The notes beneath the pieces are model-generated. The model worked only from the letters and a program-made list of their open reading frames with translations. It had not been told where the DNA came from and ran no database searches. A program made the translations under genes and the position numbers. Shown here one piece after another: positions 18,668 to 29,345 of a stretch of 64,000 nt of DNA (positions are counted from its first letter, which is position 1; every line of letters starts with the position of its first letter). The stretch is from contig VMFR01000001.1 in assembly GCA_007376135.1 (NCBI GenBank), forward strand, positions 452,360 through 516,359. Direction: 5' to 3'. The DNA comes from Parcubacteria group bacterium Gr01-1014_31. GTDB lineage: Bacteria > Patescibacteriota > Patescibacteriia > Buchananbacterales > GWA2-38-13.

Positions 18668-20074
18668 CTACTGCTGGCCCCGTACATCCGTCAATAGCAA
18701 GAACACTCCTGGCCGCAACAGGAACGGCTGCCGGGGCGCGGCGGGCGGCAAACTCTTCCAGGCGTCACCTTTGGCCGCGGCAATGATAAAATCGTAGCGC
18801 GCCAACGGCGGGAGGGGTTGCTTGATGGACCAATACTCCACCTGGTGCTGCCGCAGATAGAACGGCATCGGCCAATATTCGTCCGCCCACACCAACACCC
18901 GCGCGCGCGGGAGTATCCGCGTCAACGCCTGCGCCGCCGTAACAACGGAACGGTCCGTATGCTCATACGCATAAGGATTGCCGACCTGCCAGGACTGCAG
19001 CCATGAGAACTGCACCGCGAACACCGCCAGGAACGCGATGCTGGCAACGCCGCCGCCGTAGCGCAGCGCGCGGCTTTTCACATGCGCAAATCCCCAAGCG
19101 CCCAAGAGCGCCAACGGCGCGACCAGATTGATGACCAGCCACGGCGTTTTGTAATCGATGGCGCTGTAGACCACCAAGGCAAAGATCGCCCAGAGCGCGA
19201 TGCTGCGTCCCGCCACCTCGCGCCAAGCGTACCGCAGCCCAACGGCCGCCCACAGCAAAAGGGGCAACTCGAAGCGCGAGATCAGCAGCAGGTAGTAGGT
19301 CCAAGGCTTGTTGTGCCCGGCGCCTTCAAATCCCCGCGACAGCCAGGGAGCAAACCCCTGCAGCGAGTCGGCCAGTCCCGGGAGGTAGCGGAAAAAGCTG
19401 GAAAACAGGCTGACGTAGACGAGCACCAGCAGCGCGGAGGCGAGGGCAAGGTATTCCCACTTGTGGGGTTGCCGCAAAGCCGCCAGGCCGCGCCGCCAGT
19501 GGACGATGCAAATCAGCCCCATAACGGCCAGCACGATGACGGCGGTTTCCTTGGTGGTCACCAGCAGTGCCACGGCCGCCGCCAGCATCGGCAGGAACGC
19601 CAGATCGCGACGCTGCAGCAGGGTGACCGTGAGCATGACCGCCGCCAGCGAGAACAGCACCAACGACGATTCATGGATGGAATATCGCGAGTAATAGGTC
19701 ATGGATGGCGACAGCAGCAAGGCAACGGCGGCCGGCAGCGCGAAACGCGGCTCCCTCCGCCACCACACCAGCGGTATGGCAACCAATGCGATCCCCGAGA
19801 TCATTGCCGGCAGCCGCAGCGACAGCTCCGACACGCCGAACGCCAGGAATGAAAAAAAGACCGCGAAAAAATACAGCGGTCCGTGGTAGTTGTTCGGGTC
19901 GTAGCGGAACTGCCCGCTCTCGCTGATGCGCTGGGCAAACCAATAATTCACGCCCTCGTCGTGGTGCAGCGGCCGCAAGGCCGGCAGGGCCAGACGCGAA
20001 ATGATGGCCAAGGCCAGCACTGCGGCACCCGCCACGACCACCCACCGCCTTCGCACGATCGCTTGTTTATCCAT
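18668..20074 (-). CDS. GT-C/PMT_2-like membrane glycosyltransferase (TIGR03663-like)
   Basis: RPLHHDEGVN, YDPNNYHGPL, YYSRY, TKET, YKTPW; many TMs; start trimmed to MDKQ. Confidence 0.8.
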   Translation of the reverse strand: MDKQAIVRRRWVVVAGAAVLALAIISRLALPALRPLHHDEGVNYWFAQRISESGQFRYDPNNYHGPLYFFAVFFSFLAFGVSELSLRLPAMISGIALVAIPLVWWRREPRFALPAAVALLLSPSMTYYSRYSIHESSLVLFSLAAVMLTVTLLQRRDLAFLPMLAAAVALLVTTKETAVIVLAVMGLICIVHWRRGLAALRQPHKWEYLALASALLVLVYVSLFSSFFRYLPGLADSLQGFAPWLSRGFEGAGHNKPWTYYLLLISRFELPLLLWAAVGLRYAWREVAGRSIALWAIFALVVYSAIDYKTPWLVINLVAPLALLGAWGFAHVKSRALRYGGGVASIAFLAVFAVQFSWLQSWQVGNPYAYEHTDRSVVTAAQALTRILPRARVLVWADEYWPMPFYLRQHQVEYWSIKQPLPPLARYDFIIAAAKGDAWKSLPPAAPRQPFLLRPGVFLLLTDVRGQQ

Positions 20075-20086
20075 GGGAAAAGTATA

Positions 20087-20189
20087 CCCGGTAGGACAAC
20101 TTCCGGGAATATCACTGTACCGGACAACGATGCACACACTCCCCCCGACGACCGAACGGAGCAGTCACCCGGCAGGTTGTACTACCGGG
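20087..20189. mobile_element. ~103-bp MITE-like element, copy 2
   Basis: TIR cccggtaggacaac / gttgtactaccggg (13/14); tata on both flanks. Confidence 0.75.
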
Positions 20190-20244
20190 TATAGCACACG
20201 CAAAAAAAACCGCCCGCCGGCGGCGCGGACCGCAACAAGCCGGT

Positions 20245-21567
20245 CTACCACCCCTCGTAGTCGCGCATCGTCAGCTGCGACTCGATCTGTTTGGTCGTCT
20301 CAATGACCACCGACACCACGATCAGCAGACTCGAACCCGATAAGGTCAGCGTCTGCAGCCCGGTAAAATACTGTAACGCGATGGGCAACACGGCGATGAG
20401 TGCCAGGAACAGCGCGCCGGCCAGCACAATGCGGTTGGACACCTGCCCCAGATACTCCGCGGTCGGTCGGCCCGGCCGGATGCCCGGGATGAACCCGCCC
20501 TGCTTCTGGAGGTTCTCGGCCACCTGCTCGGGATGGAAGACGACTTCGGTGTAAAAGTAGGTGAAGCCGAACACCAGCAGGAAGAACATGACGCCGTAGC
20601 CCAAGGGGTTGGCCTGGAGATTGAAAAAGCCGTAGACGGCGTTGGCCGCCCGCGCGACCGTGGTGTTGGTCGCCTGGATGAAGAACTGCGCGATCATCGG
20701 CGGGAACAGCACGACGGAGATGGCGAAGATGATAGGGATCATGCCCGCCTGGTTGACGCGCAGCGGCAGGTGCGTGTTGACCCCGCCGTAGAGCTTGATG
20801 CCGCGTACCCGCCGAGCGTAGGACACCGGCACGTTGCGCTGGGCCTCGGTGATGAACACGGTCGCCGCGGTCACCACGACCGCGACGGCCAGGAACGTCA
20901 CCACACTGATGAGTTGCGAGGTATCAAAGACGGACAACGTCTGCTGGATGGCGGTCGGAATGCTGGTCACAATGCCGGCAAAGATGAGCAAACTGATGCC
21001 GTTGCCGACCTTCTTCTCCGAGATGAGCTCACCCAGCCACATCAGGAAAATGGTGCCGGCCGTCAAGGTAACAATGGTGCCGGCCAGCTGCAGGGAGGTC
21101 ATGGCGGCGATCAGCCGCACGCCCCCGGCCTGCTGCTGCTGGAGCAACGCGATCAGCCCGTAGCCCGACAACACCGCCAACGGCACGGTCAGCATCCGCG
21201 TCCACTGATTGAGCTTATGGCGGCCCTGCTCCCCTTCCTTGCTCAAGGCCTCCATCTTGGGGATGATCATGGTCAGCAGCTGGATGATGATGGACGCGGT
21301 AATGTACGGCCCAACCCCCAGCGCGACCACGGAGAAGTTCTCCATCGCCCCGCCGGAAAAAATGTTGAGCAAACCGAACAGCTGGTTGCGCTGGAAAAAG
21401 TCGCGCAGCGCCGTCACGTCGACGTTCGGCAGCGGAATGTGGGCGGCCAGCCGGAAGACGACCAAAAGCGCCAACACGTAGAGGATACTGTTGCGCAGGT
21501 CCTTGGACTTCCAGATTTTCCGCAATGGGTCAAGCAGCATGGTCGGCAATTTAGCGGTTCCCTCCAC
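20245..21567 (-). CDS. secY: preprotein translocase subunit SecY
   Basis: FSGGA, ALGVGPYITASII, GNGISL, IPGIRPG; start may be at 21540. Confidence 0.97.
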   Translation of the reverse strand: MEGTAKLPTMLLDPLRKIWKSKDLRNSILYVLALLVVFRLAAHIPLPNVDVTALRDFFQRNQLFGLLNIFSGGAMENFSVVALGVGPYITASIIIQLLTMIIPKMEALSKEGEQGRHKLNQWTRMLTVPLAVLSGYGLIALLQQQQAGGVRLIAAMTSLQLAGTIVTLTAGTIFLMWLGELISEKKVGNGISLLIFAGIVTSIPTAIQQTLSVFDTSQLISVVTFLAVAVVVTAATVFITEAQRNVPVSYARRVRGIKLYGGVNTHLPLRVNQAGMIPIIFAISVVLFPPMIAQFFIQATNTTVARAANAVYGFFNLQANPLGYGVMFFLLVFGFTYFYTEVVFHPEQVAENLQKQGGFIPGIRPGRPTAEYLGQVSNRIVLAGALFLALIAVLPIALQYFTGLQTLTLSGSSLLIVVSVVIETTKQIESQLTMRDYEGW

Positions 21568-21582
21568 GGCCGCCGCGGCGTC

Positions 21583-22062
21583 CTATCCTTTCTTTCGCGT
21601 ACTCGCCACGAGCAACGCAACGGTTGCTGTTCCGCCGGCCGCTTCGATCATCTTTTTGGCGCCGGCGGAGAACGCGTCGGCCTGGACGGTCAAGGCCTTG
21701 GTCATCGGCTTGCCCCCGGCCAGCACCTTGATGCCCTGACGGTCGGTATCCACCAGACGGGCGGCGACCAGCGTGTGGCCGGAAACCGTCGCGCCGGCGG
21801 GAAACTTCCGCTCCAGCTGGTCGGTGGTCACGGTCCGCTCTTTGGGGGCATTCGGCTTCTGCCCCTTGAACTTGGGCAGGTGCATGATGAGGTGTTTGAG
21901 CGAACGGCGGGCGATGCCTTTGGCGCCGCCGGTACGGGCGCGCTGGCCCTTCACGCCGCGCGTCGAAAATGCGCCGTGGCCGGACCCCAAGCCGCGGCCG
22001 ACCCGCTTGCGGGGACGGACCGAGTTGGGGAAACGCTGCAAATTGTGCAATCCAACGGTCAT
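21583..22062 (-). CDS. rplO: 50S ribosomal protein L15
   Basis: KRVGRGLGSGHG..STRGVKGQRAR. Confidence 0.95.
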   Translation of the reverse strand: MTVGLHNLQRFPNSVRPRKRVGRGLGSGHGAFSTRGVKGQRARTGGAKGIARRSLKHLIMHLPKFKGQKPNAPKERTVTTDQLERKFPAGATVSGHTLVAARLVDTDRQGIKVLAGGKPMTKALTVQADAFSAGAKKMIEAAGGTATVALLVASTRKKG

Positions 22063-22097
22063 AGAGGTGATAGCGGCATCCTTATCCTAGCACGCGA

Positions 22098-22652
22098 TTA
22101 TACCGACGTCTCGGTCGAAAGCTCCGTTTCTGCGGGCCGCGGCAGCTGCTGCAGCCGGCGGAACGCCTCCAGCGTCGCGCGGACATTACTGATCTTATTG
22201 CTGGAGCCGAGGTTCTTGCCGACGACATTGGACACCTGCGCCAGTTTCAACATGGTGCGCACGGCGCCGCCCACCTTCACGCCGGTACCGGCAGGCGCGG
22301 GTTTCAATAGGATATGAGCGCCCTTATACTTCACTTCGACGGGGCACGGGATGCTTTCGCGGTACACCGGAACCGCCACCAGGTGCTTGCGTGCCTGGGT
22401 AACGGCCTTATTCACTGCGCCGGTCACGTCCGCGCCTTTGGCAATACCGACGCCGACGCGATGGCCCTGGGGCATGCCGATGGCAACACAGGCGCGGAAC
22501 CGCATGCGCTTGCCGCCCGCCATCACGCGGGTAACGCGGTCAACGGCGATTATCTCCTGGGCAAAATCGGTCTCGGGCTGTGGCGCACCGCCACCGCGGC
22601 CGCCTCGGCGCCCTCCCCCGCCCCCCTTCGAGTTCATCTTGGGTCTCGGCAT
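22098..22652 (-). CDS. rpsE: 30S ribosomal protein S5
   Basis: RVTRVMAGGKRMRF, KPAPAGTG. Confidence 0.95.
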   Translation of the reverse strand: MPRPKMNSKGGGGGRRGGRGGGAPQPETDFAQEIIAVDRVTRVMAGGKRMRFRACVAIGMPQGHRVGVGIAKGADVTGAVNKAVTQARKHLVAVPVYRESIPCPVEVKYKGAHILLKPAPAGTGVKVGGAVRTMLKLAQVSNVVGKNLGSSNKISNVRATLEAFRRLQQLPRPAETELSTETSV

Positions 22653-22661
22653 ACAAGAATC

Positions 22662-23018
22662 TTAAAACTTCAAACCGGCTTTACGCGCGCCCTCGGCCAC
22701 GGCCTTGACGCGGCCATGGTAACGGTACGCGCCGCGATCAAATACCACCGCGTCGATCTTTTTCGCTTTGGCGCCGTCAGCCGCCAGCGCGCCCAACTTT
22801 TCGGCGGCCGCGATCTTGCCCTTCGCGCCCTTGATACCAATCGTCGAACCCGCCCACAGCGTCACCCCGGCCGCATCATCGATGAGCTGGGCGTAGGTGA
22901 AGCGCAGGCTGCGGAAGACCGACAAACGCGGCCGTTGAGCGGTACCAAACAGCGTGGCGCGCGTGCGCAGGGCGCGGCGCTCTCGGCGTTGCTGGGTGGC
23001 GGTTTCACGATTTGCCAT
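22662..23018 (-). CDS. rplR: 50S ribosomal protein L18
   Basis: RPRLSVFRS, FDRGAYRYHGRVKA. Confidence 0.96.
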   Translation of the reverse strand: MANRETATQQRRERRALRTRATLFGTAQRPRLSVFRSLRFTYAQLIDDAAGVTLWAGSTIGIKGAKGKIAAAEKLGALAADGAKAKKIDAVVFDRGAYRYHGRVKAVAEGARKAGLKF

Positions 23019-23038
23019 AACACTCAGGAATACGAAGA

Positions 23039-23584
23039 TTATTCGGTCTTGGTCGCCTGCTTACCGGCCTTGCGGCGGATGACCTCGCCGACGTACTTGA
23101 TACCCTTGCCCTTGTAGGGTTCGGGCGGCATGACGTGGCGGATCTCGGCGGCCACCTGGCCGACCTGCTGCTTGTCGGCGCCTGCCACGGTAATGATGTT
23201 CTTTTCCACCGTCACGGTGACACCGGCGGGCACCTGGTAAGCGACCGGGTGCGAATACCCGACGTTGAGCGTGAGCGTGCTGCCGGAAATGGCCGCCTTA
23301 AAGCCGATGCCGGAGATCTCCAGTTGCTTGGAGAATCCCTCGGTCACGCCGCGCACCATGTTGGCGATCAGGCTGCGGAACACCCCCCACAGCGCCGCCT
23401 GCTTGTGGTTGGCGGGATTCTTGACGCTGACGGACACGATGCCGTCCACGACCGACACGCCGACCAACGGATGCAGCAACGTGGTTAGTTTACCTTTCGG
23501 CCCCTGCGCGGACACCATCGGACCGTCAATGGCGATGGTGGTGCCGGCCGGCACGGGAATCGGTTGTTTACCAATCCTGGACAT
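23039..23584 (-). CDS. rplF: 50S ribosomal protein L6
   Basis: MSRIGKQPI, PEPYKGKGIKY. Confidence 0.97.
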   Translation of the reverse strand: MSRIGKQPIPVPAGTTIAIDGPMVSAQGPKGKLTTLLHPLVGVSVVDGIVSVSVKNPANHKQAALWGVFRSLIANMVRGVTEGFSKQLEISGIGFKAAISGSTLTLNVGYSHPVAYQVPAGVTVTVEKNIITVAGADKQQVGQVAAEIRHVMPPEPYKGKGIKYVGEVIRRKAGKQATKTE

Positions 23585-23618
23585 AACAGCAATTTCGATA
23601 TATCGATATTTCGAAATC

Positions 23619-24020
23619 TTAGTAGACTTCGCAGATCAATTCTCCACCGAGCCGGCGTTTGCGGGCTTCGCGGTTGGTCATCAGGCCGGCGGACGTGGAA
23701 ACGACGGCGATACCAAGGTCATTGAGCACGCGCGGCAGATCTTGACTGGTGACGTACACGCGGCGTCCCGGCTTGCTGATGCGCTTCACGCTGGCGATCG
23801 CGGGCACTCCCGGCTGACGATAGCGCAGACCCAGCGTCAGCTGCTGGCGCGCCGCCTGTTGCGGGTGCGGGGCAACCGCCACGGATGCCAAATACCCCTG
23901 CTGCTCCAGCACTTTGGCGATGGACAATTTCATTTTGGAGTACGGCATCACCACCTGGCGGTGACCCACGGCCAGGGCGTTGCGGATACGGGTGAGCATG
24001 TCGGCGATAGGATCGGTCAT
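23619..24020 (-). CDS. rpsH: 30S ribosomal protein S8
   Basis: DPIADMLTRIRNA, SKPGRRVY. Confidence 0.97.
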   Translation of the reverse strand: MTDPIADMLTRIRNALAVGHRQVVMPYSKMKLSIAKVLEQQGYLASVAVAPHPQQAARQQLTLGLRYRQPGVPAIASVKRISKPGRRVYVTSQDLPRVLNDLGIAVVSTSAGLMTNREARKRRLGGELICEVY

Positions 24021-24030
24021 AGCAGGTACA

Positions 24031-24216
24031 TTACCAGGACGACTTGCGGACGCCGGGCAGCGCGCCTTTCAGCGCCAATTCGCGGAAACAAATGCGACAG
24101 ATCTGGAAATCCCGCATGTAGCCGCGACGCCGGCCGCACCGCCAGCAACGCCGCACAATGCGCGTGGAAAACTTGGACGGACGGGCGGATTTCAATCGTT
24201 GTGCTTTGACGGCCAT
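24031..24216 (-). CDS. rpsN: 30S ribosomal protein S14 (type Z)
   Basis: RCWRCGR...[20 protein letters not shown]; start trimmed to MAVKAQ. Confidence 0.95.
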   Translation of the reverse strand: MAVKAQRLKSARPSKFSTRIVRRCWRCGRRRGYMRDFQICRICFRELALKGALPGVRKSSW

Positions 24217-24226
24217 AGGGGAAACG

Positions 24227-24766
24227 CTAGCTGCGGAATGGGAAGCCCAGCTGTCGCAGCAAGGCCAGCCCTTCATCACGGTTGCGGGCGCTGGTGACGA
24301 CCGTCACCTCGACGCCGTGCAGCCGCTCCACCTCGTCGGCGGAGATCTCCGGGAACGGCAGGTTCTCTTTAAAGCCAAGGGACAGGTTGCCGTTGCGGTC
24401 GACGCCCTTGGGGTCCAACCCGCGGAAATCGCGCACGCGAGGCAACGTCACGTGCACCAATTTTTGCAAAAAGCTGAACATCCGTTCGCCACGCAGGGTC
24501 GCCTTCAACCCGATGACCTGGCCCTGGCGGATCTTAAAGTTGGAGATGGACTGCTTGGACTGCGTTTCCACCGGCTTCTGCCCGGTGATACGCCGCATGG
24601 TGCTGGCCGCAGCCTCGACGAACTTGGGGTCCTTGAGCCCGGGGCCCAGACCGATATTGACCACGACCTTCTGCAGACGCGGTACCTGCCAGACGTTGCG
24701 GTACCCGAGCTGCTGCTGGAGCGCCGCGGAGATCTGCTGCTGAAATTTGTTCTTCATGGTTTCCAT
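24227..24766 (-). CDS. rplE: 50S ribosomal protein L5
   Basis: [17 protein letters not shown]. Confidence 0.96.
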   Translation of the reverse strand: METMKNKFQQQISAALQQQLGYRNVWQVPRLQKVVVNIGLGPGLKDPKFVEAAASTMRRITGQKPVETQSKQSISNFKIRQGQVIGLKATLRGERMFSFLQKLVHVTLPRVRDFRGLDPKGVDRNGNLSLGFKENLPFPEISADEVERLHGVEVTVVTSARNRDEGLALLRQLGFPFRS

Positions 24767-24770
24767 AGGT

Positions 24771-25082
24771 CTAGCGGAAAGTTGCCTGACAGTGATGGCA
24801 GCGGCGCTCGTGGCGGCCGTTCTCCTGCACGGCCACGCCGACGCGTGTCGGCTTGCCGCACTGGGGACAAACCAGCATCACCTTGGCCGCCGGCATCGGC
24901 GCCGGGAATTGCACTTTCTGGCCTTGCTCGCCCGAACGGCGCGGGCGCAGGTGTTTGACCGCCAGGTTCATGCCTTCGATCGACAGCACCCCAAGCCGCG
25001 GGAACGCCTGCAGCACTTTGCCGGTCTTGCCGCGGTCCTTGCCGCGAATGACCATCACTTTGTCGCCGGTTTTGATCTTCAT
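24771..25082 (-). CDS. rplX: 50S ribosomal protein L24
   Basis: KIKTGDKVMVIRGKDRGKTG. Confidence 0.96.
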   Translation of the reverse strand: MKIKTGDKVMVIRGKDRGKTGKVLQAFPRLGVLSIEGMNLAVKHLRPRRSGEQGQKVQFPAPMPAAKVMLVCPQCGKPTRVGVAVQENGRHERRCHHCQATFR

Positions 25083-25087
25083 AGGGT

Positions 25088-25459
25088 CTACAGTACTTCC
25101 TCCGCGAGCGAAATGATCTTCGCAAACCCGCGGTTGCGCAGCTCGCGCGCCACGGGGCCGAAGATGCGCGTGCCCTTGGGTTCCTTGGTCTCCTTATCCA
25201 CCAGCACAATGGCGTTGTCGTCGAAGCGGATGAAGCTGCCGTCGGCCCGGCGCACTTCCTTGCGGGTGCGCACGATCACCCCGTGGTGGACCTCGCCTTT
25301 CTTGACCATGGCATGCGGTACGGCTTCCTTGATGGTCACCGTCACGATGTCGCCGACCGTCGCCACACGGCGCTTGTAGCCGCCCAAAACACGGATCACC
25401 TGGATGCGGCGAGCTCCGGTGTTATCGGCGGGCGTCATCATGGTGCGATGTTGGACCAT
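25088..25459 (-). CDS. rplN: 50S ribosomal protein L14
   Basis: [19 protein letters not shown]. Confidence 0.97.
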   Translation of the reverse strand: MVQHRTMMTPADNTGARRIQVIRVLGGYKRRVATVGDIVTVTIKEAVPHAMVKKGEVHHGVIVRTRKEVRRADGSFIRFDDNAIVLVDKETKEPKGTRIFGPVARELRNRGFAKIISLAEEVL

Positions 25460-25486
25460 AGGAATGCAGTACGAGGCGTGCCGGGC

Positions 25487-25741
25487 TTAAGATTTCGGGT
25501 ACACCACCAGCCAACGCTTGGTGCGCGAGATCGGCCGGCAGGCGACGAATTCGACCGTGTCGCCGGCGCGAAACTTGCCCAACGGGTCGTGCACGTGGAA
25601 CCGGCGGTGGGTGGTGTAGATCTTGTGATACTTGGGGTGCTCAACCGAACGCGCCACCTCGACCACCAGCGTTTTGGGGGTCTTGGCCGAGAGCACCTGG
25701 CCCTGGAATCGACGGATGCGGAGCGGTTGAGTGGTGGTCAT
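25487..25741 (-). CDS. rpsQ: 30S ribosomal protein S17
   Basis: HPKYHK, HD, GD.V, RPISRTKRW. Confidence 0.95.
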   Translation of the reverse strand: MTTTQPLRIRRFQGQVLSAKTPKTLVVEVARSVEHPKYHKIYTTHRRFHVHDPLGKFRAGDTVEFVACRPISRTKRWLVVYPKS

Positions 25742-25750
25742 AACAGTCTG

Positions 25751-25978
25751 TTACTTGGCCGTAATGGCGGGCGCGGATGCCGCGGGCTTGACGACGGGAG
25801 GATGCCGCAACGCGGTCTCCAGCTGGGCAATTGCCCGGCGGGCGGCGCGCACCTCGCGGACGTCCTTGTGTATGCCTTCGGCAACCTGCACGCGTAGCTG
25901 CTCCAGGCGGCGCTGCTCTTCCCGCAGCATCGTCTGCAGCTCTTCGCGATTTTTTCCGGCCAATGCAGCGAACTTCAT
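25751..25978 (-). CDS. rpmC: 50S ribosomal protein L29
   Basis: Position between rplP and rpsQ; R..RR.IAQLET. Confidence 0.85.
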   Translation of the reverse strand: MKFAALAGKNREELQTMLREEQRRLEQLRVQVAEGIHKDVREVRAARRAIAQLETALRHPPVVKPAASAPAITAK

Positions 25979-25981
25979 AGG

Positions 25982-26398
25982 TTATTTGAAACGCGTCAGA
26001 AATCTACTGCGCACCGGTAACTTGTGGGATGCCAAGAGCATCGCCTGTCGCGCCACGGTCTCCTCGACGCCATCCAGCTCGAACATGACAATACCCGGCC
26101 GGACGACCGCCACGTAGTGGTCCACGGCGCCCTTGCCCGAGCCCATCGTCGACTGCGTCCCCTTCATCGTCACCGGCTTATCGGGGAAAATGCGGATCCA
26201 GAGCTTGCCGCCCCGCTTCAGTTCACGCGTCATTGCGCGGCGCGCCGCCTCGATCTGGCGCGACGTCACCCAGGCGCCGGTCATTGCCTGCAAGCCGAAA
26301 TGGCCGTAGCCCAAAGCCGTCCCGGCGGTTGCCGCTTGACGGCGGCGCCGGCGTCCCTTGTGCCACTTGCGATGTTTGACTTTCTTCGGCATTAACAT
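25982..26398 (-). CDS. rplP: 50S ribosomal protein L16
   Basis: [25 protein letters not shown]. Confidence 0.97.
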   Translation of the reverse strand: MLMPKKVKHRKWHKGRRRRRQAATAGTALGYGHFGLQAMTGAWVTSRQIEAARRAMTRELKRGGKLWIRIFPDKPVTMKGTQSTMGSGKGAVDHYVAVVRPGIVMFELDGVEETVARQAMLLASHKLPVRSRFLTRFK

Positions 26399-26423
26399 AC
26401 GTTCCTGGGTCGTTGATCAAGCA

Positions 26424-27116
26424 TTAGCGTCCGCGCGGATTGGCCCGGGCCGGAGCCGGGGCGGCCGCTGCCGGCTGCTCTTCCTTGGCGAATTTCTCAC
26501 CCTTATAGATCCAAACCTTGACCCCGATAGCGCCATAGGTCGTGAACGCGGCGCCGCGGCAGTAGTCGATGTTGGCGCGCAGCGTGTGCAACGGCATCTT
26601 GCCCGACACTAATTTTTCGGTCCGCGCGATCTCGGCGCCGTTGAGACGACCCGACAACATCACCTTGCAACCCAAAGCTCCTGCCCGATCGGCCCGCATA
26701 ACGGCCTGCTTCATGACCCGACGGAACGGCAGGCGCTTCTCCAGATCGGTGATCATCGCCTGCATCACGAGCGCGGCCGACTGATTAGCATTGGATACTT
26801 CCTGAATATTGATGGTCAAATTGGTCTTGGGTGGCAGGAGCTGCAGGATATCTTTCTTCAATTGCTCCACGCCCTGGCCGCCGCGGCCAATGATCATGCC
26901 CGGCTTGGCGGCATGTAAAATGACCGTCCACGCGGCGGGCGTGCGTTCGATCTCCACGCTTGCCAATCCGGCATCCCGAAGCTTGACCGCCAAGAACTTG
27001 CGGACCTGTACGTCCTGACGCAGCAGCACCGGGTAATCGCGCTTGCCGAACCACTTCGAATTCCACGGCATCATGACGCCGATGCGGATCGCAATGGGAT
27101 TGATCTTATGGCCCAT
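26424..27116 (-). CDS. rpsC: 30S ribosomal protein S3
   Basis: MGHKINP, GRLNGAEIAR, PLHTLRANIDY. Confidence 0.97.
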   Translation of the reverse strand: MGHKINPIAIRIGVMMPWNSKWFGKRDYPVLLRQDVQVRKFLAVKLRDAGLASVEIERTPAAWTVILHAAKPGMIIGRGGQGVEQLKKDILQLLPPKTNLTINIQEVSNANQSAALVMQAMITDLEKRLPFRRVMKQAVMRADRAGALGCKVMLSGRLNGAEIARTEKLVSGKMPLHTLRANIDYCRGAAFTTYGAIGVKVWIYKGEKFAKEEQPAAAAPAPARANPRGR

Positions 27117-27122
27117 ACCGAA

Positions 27123-27695
27123 TTAACCAGCTTTGCGGTTGAATAATTTGCGGGTAAAACCCTTCCCTCCCGAACGCCCGGATTCACCCGGCTTGCCGTC
27201 CTTGCCGGCTTCGCCGGCCGCGGCACCCATGCCGCGCTTCAACTCATCGAGCGTTACCGTCTTGATGGGCTCTGCAGGTTTGGCCGCCGCGGCTGACGGC
27301 TTGCGAGCCGCGCCCGGCCGTTCCGCCAGGATCACCGTGACGTGGCTGGAACGCTTGCGGATCATACCGGCGCGGCCGAATGCGCGCGGCCGCCAGCGTT
27401 TCAGGGTCGGTCCCTGGTTGACCAGGATCTCGCGCACCACCAGGTCTTCTTTGGCGATCTGAAAATTATGCGAGGCGTTGGCCACGGCCGAAGCGATGAG
27501 TTTGGCCAGCGGCACGGCCGGAGCCTTACGCAGCATCTTCAACCGGTCAATGGCAGAAGCCGCCGGCTGGCGCACGACCGTCTGGGCGACGACGCGCATC
27601 TTGCGCGGTGACATCCGGCAGTTGCGCAAAAACGCCGTCACCAACCGCGGGGACGCGGCGGGCTTGGCGGCTTTCGTTTTTTGCGCTGTGGCCAT
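27123..27695 (-). CDS. rplV: 50S ribosomal protein L22 (with C-terminal extension)
   Basis: SPRKMR, SAVANA, GPTLKRWRPRAFGRA. Confidence 0.95.
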   Translation of the reverse strand: MATAQKTKAAKPAASPRLVTAFLRNCRMSPRKMRVVAQTVVRQPAASAIDRLKMLRKAPAVPLAKLIASAVANASHNFQIAKEDLVVREILVNQGPTLKRWRPRAFGRAGMIRKRSSHVTVILAERPGAARKPSAAAAKPAEPIKTVTLDELKRGMGAAAGEAGKDGKPGESGRSGGKGFTRKLFNRKAG

Positions 27696-27724
27696 AGGAT
27701 AATGCTCCGATGAAAGTCCGGGAA

Positions 27725-28087
27725 TTATTTACCGGCGGGTTTACCTCCTGCGGCCGGGGCGGGAGCGCCAACGGCTGCCTTGCGAGCCGCTTCCTCCTTG
27801 GCCAACTGGGCGGCTTGCTGCTCTTTCGCCATGCGGCCGCCGTGGGTCGTGAACTTGCGGGTCTGCGCGAACTCGCCCAACCGGTGGCCGACCATGTTTT
27901 CCACGACCTGCACCGGCACGTGGGCACGGCCGTTATGCACGCCGATCGTGAACCCTACCATGGCAGGAGTGATGGTGCAAGCGCGGTCCCAGGTCTTTAC
28001 GACCGTGCGGTCGCCCGGTTTGCGCTTGACGAGTTTCGCCAGTAAACGCTGGTTAATATAGGGGCCTTTTTTGAGCGATCGTGCCAT
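27725..28087 (-). CDS. rpsS: 30S ribosomal protein S19
   Basis: [21 protein letters not shown]. Confidence 0.97.
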   Translation of the reverse strand: MARSLKKGPYINQRLLAKLVKRKPGDRTVVKTWDRACTITPAMVGFTIGVHNGRAHVPVQVVENMVGHRLGEFAQTRKFTTHGGRMAKEQQAAQLAKEEAARKAAVGAPAPAAGGKPAGK

Positions 28088-28094
28088 AAAAGTA

Positions 28095-28934
28095 TTACTT
28101 GGCCAGCTTGCGACGCTGGATGATCAGGCGGTTGGAGTATTTCTTCGGCTTGCGGGTCTTGACCCCCAGCGCCAGCTTGCCCCACTTGGTCTTGGGCGCC
28201 TTCAAACCGATCGGTTGATTGCCTTCACCGCCGCCGTGCGGGTGGTCCACCGGGTTTTGCGCCTTGCCGCGCACCGTCGGACGCCAGCCCATGTGGCGCT
28301 TGCGGCCGGCTTTGCCAACGCGCACGTGCATGGCATCGGGGTTGGAAACCTGCCCGACCGTGGCCAGGCACTGTTTGGCGATCAGACGCACTTCCTTGGA
28401 GGGCAGAACCAGCTGCGCGAACGGCCCGTCGATGGCCAACAGCTTGATGGTTGTTCCGGCCGCGCGGGCCAGTTCGCCACCCTTGCCGGGCAAGAGCTCC
28501 ACGTTGCAGATCGGGGTTCCCGGCGGCACCATTTCCAGCGGCATGCGATTGCCAACCTTGATGTCCACACGGCCGCGGGACGTCACGATCTTCTGTCCGA
28601 CCTGCAAACCGTCGGGTGCCAAAATGTAGCTCTTCACGCCGTCGGCGTAATACACTAAGGCGATCCGCGCGCGACGCGCCGGGTCGTACTCGATGGTCCT
28701 GACCACGGCGGGAATGTCAAAACGATTCTGCTGGAAATCCACCATGCGAATAAAGCGCTTGGCGCCGCCCCCGCGGTGGCGCACGGTGATCTTGCCCGCC
28801 GCGTTGCGACCGGAGTGTTCCTTGCGGATGAACAACAGCGGCTTGTGCGGCCGATCGGTGGTCAGCTCGCTGAACGTGCTGACCGACGACAGCCGACGGC
28901 CGGGGCTGGTGGGACGATACTGTTTCACTGGCAT
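28095..28934 (-). CDS. rplB: 50S ribosomal protein L2
   Basis: [23 protein letters not shown]; start trimmed to MPVKQY. Confidence 0.97.
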   Translation of the reverse strand: MPVKQYRPTSPGRRLSSVSTFSELTTDRPHKPLLFIRKEHSGRNAAGKITVRHRGGGAKRFIRMVDFQQNRFDIPAVVRTIEYDPARRARIALVYYADGVKSYILAPDGLQVGQKIVTSRGRVDIKVGNRMPLEMVPPGTPICNVELLPGKGGELARAAGTTIKLLAIDGPFAQLVLPSKEVRLIAKQCLATVGQVSNPDAMHVRVGKAGRKRHMGWRPTVRGKAQNPVDHPHGGGEGNQPIGLKAPKTKWGKLALGVKTRKPKKYSNRLIIQRRKLAK

Positions 28935-28948
28935 ACGATAGGCAAAAA

Positions 28949-29341
28949 CTAGGCGGTGGTCTTTTCCGCGTCGATCTTGGCGTTGGCAGGGAATGTGGCG
29001 ATCGCCTTCTTCCAAGCTTTCGTCTTCCCCTGCGTGCGTCCGAACCGCATCCCGCGGCCGCGGAGGTTAACGATGCGCACCTTTTCGGGAGCCACGCCGT
29101 ACCGCTGTTGCAAAGCGCGCTTGATGGTGATCTTATTGGCATCCGGGGCGACCTCGAACACGTACTGCGAGCGCGGCGCGCCCGCGGCGGCCTTCTCGGT
29201 CACCAGCCGTCGCAAAACGATGCCCGAAAGGTGCGGCGCCCGGCCCCCGAGCTTGGCGGAATGCGCTGGCGTCGCGACGGACTTCACCGCCGCTGCCGCC
29301 GGTTTTCCGTCCTGTTTTTTAAAAGCTTTGAGGAATCCCAT
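28949..29341 (-). CDS. rplW: 50S ribosomal protein L23 (N-terminal extension)
   Basis: VTEKA, YVFEV...ANK..IK, WKKAI. Confidence 0.93.
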   Translation of the reverse strand: MGFLKAFKKQDGKPAAAAVKSVATPAHSAKLGGRAPHLSGIVLRRLVTEKAAAGAPRSQYVFEVAPDANKITIKRALQQRYGVAPEKVRIVNLRGRGMRFGRTQGKTKAWKKAIATFPANAKIDAEKTTA

Positions 29342-29345
29342 AGAT

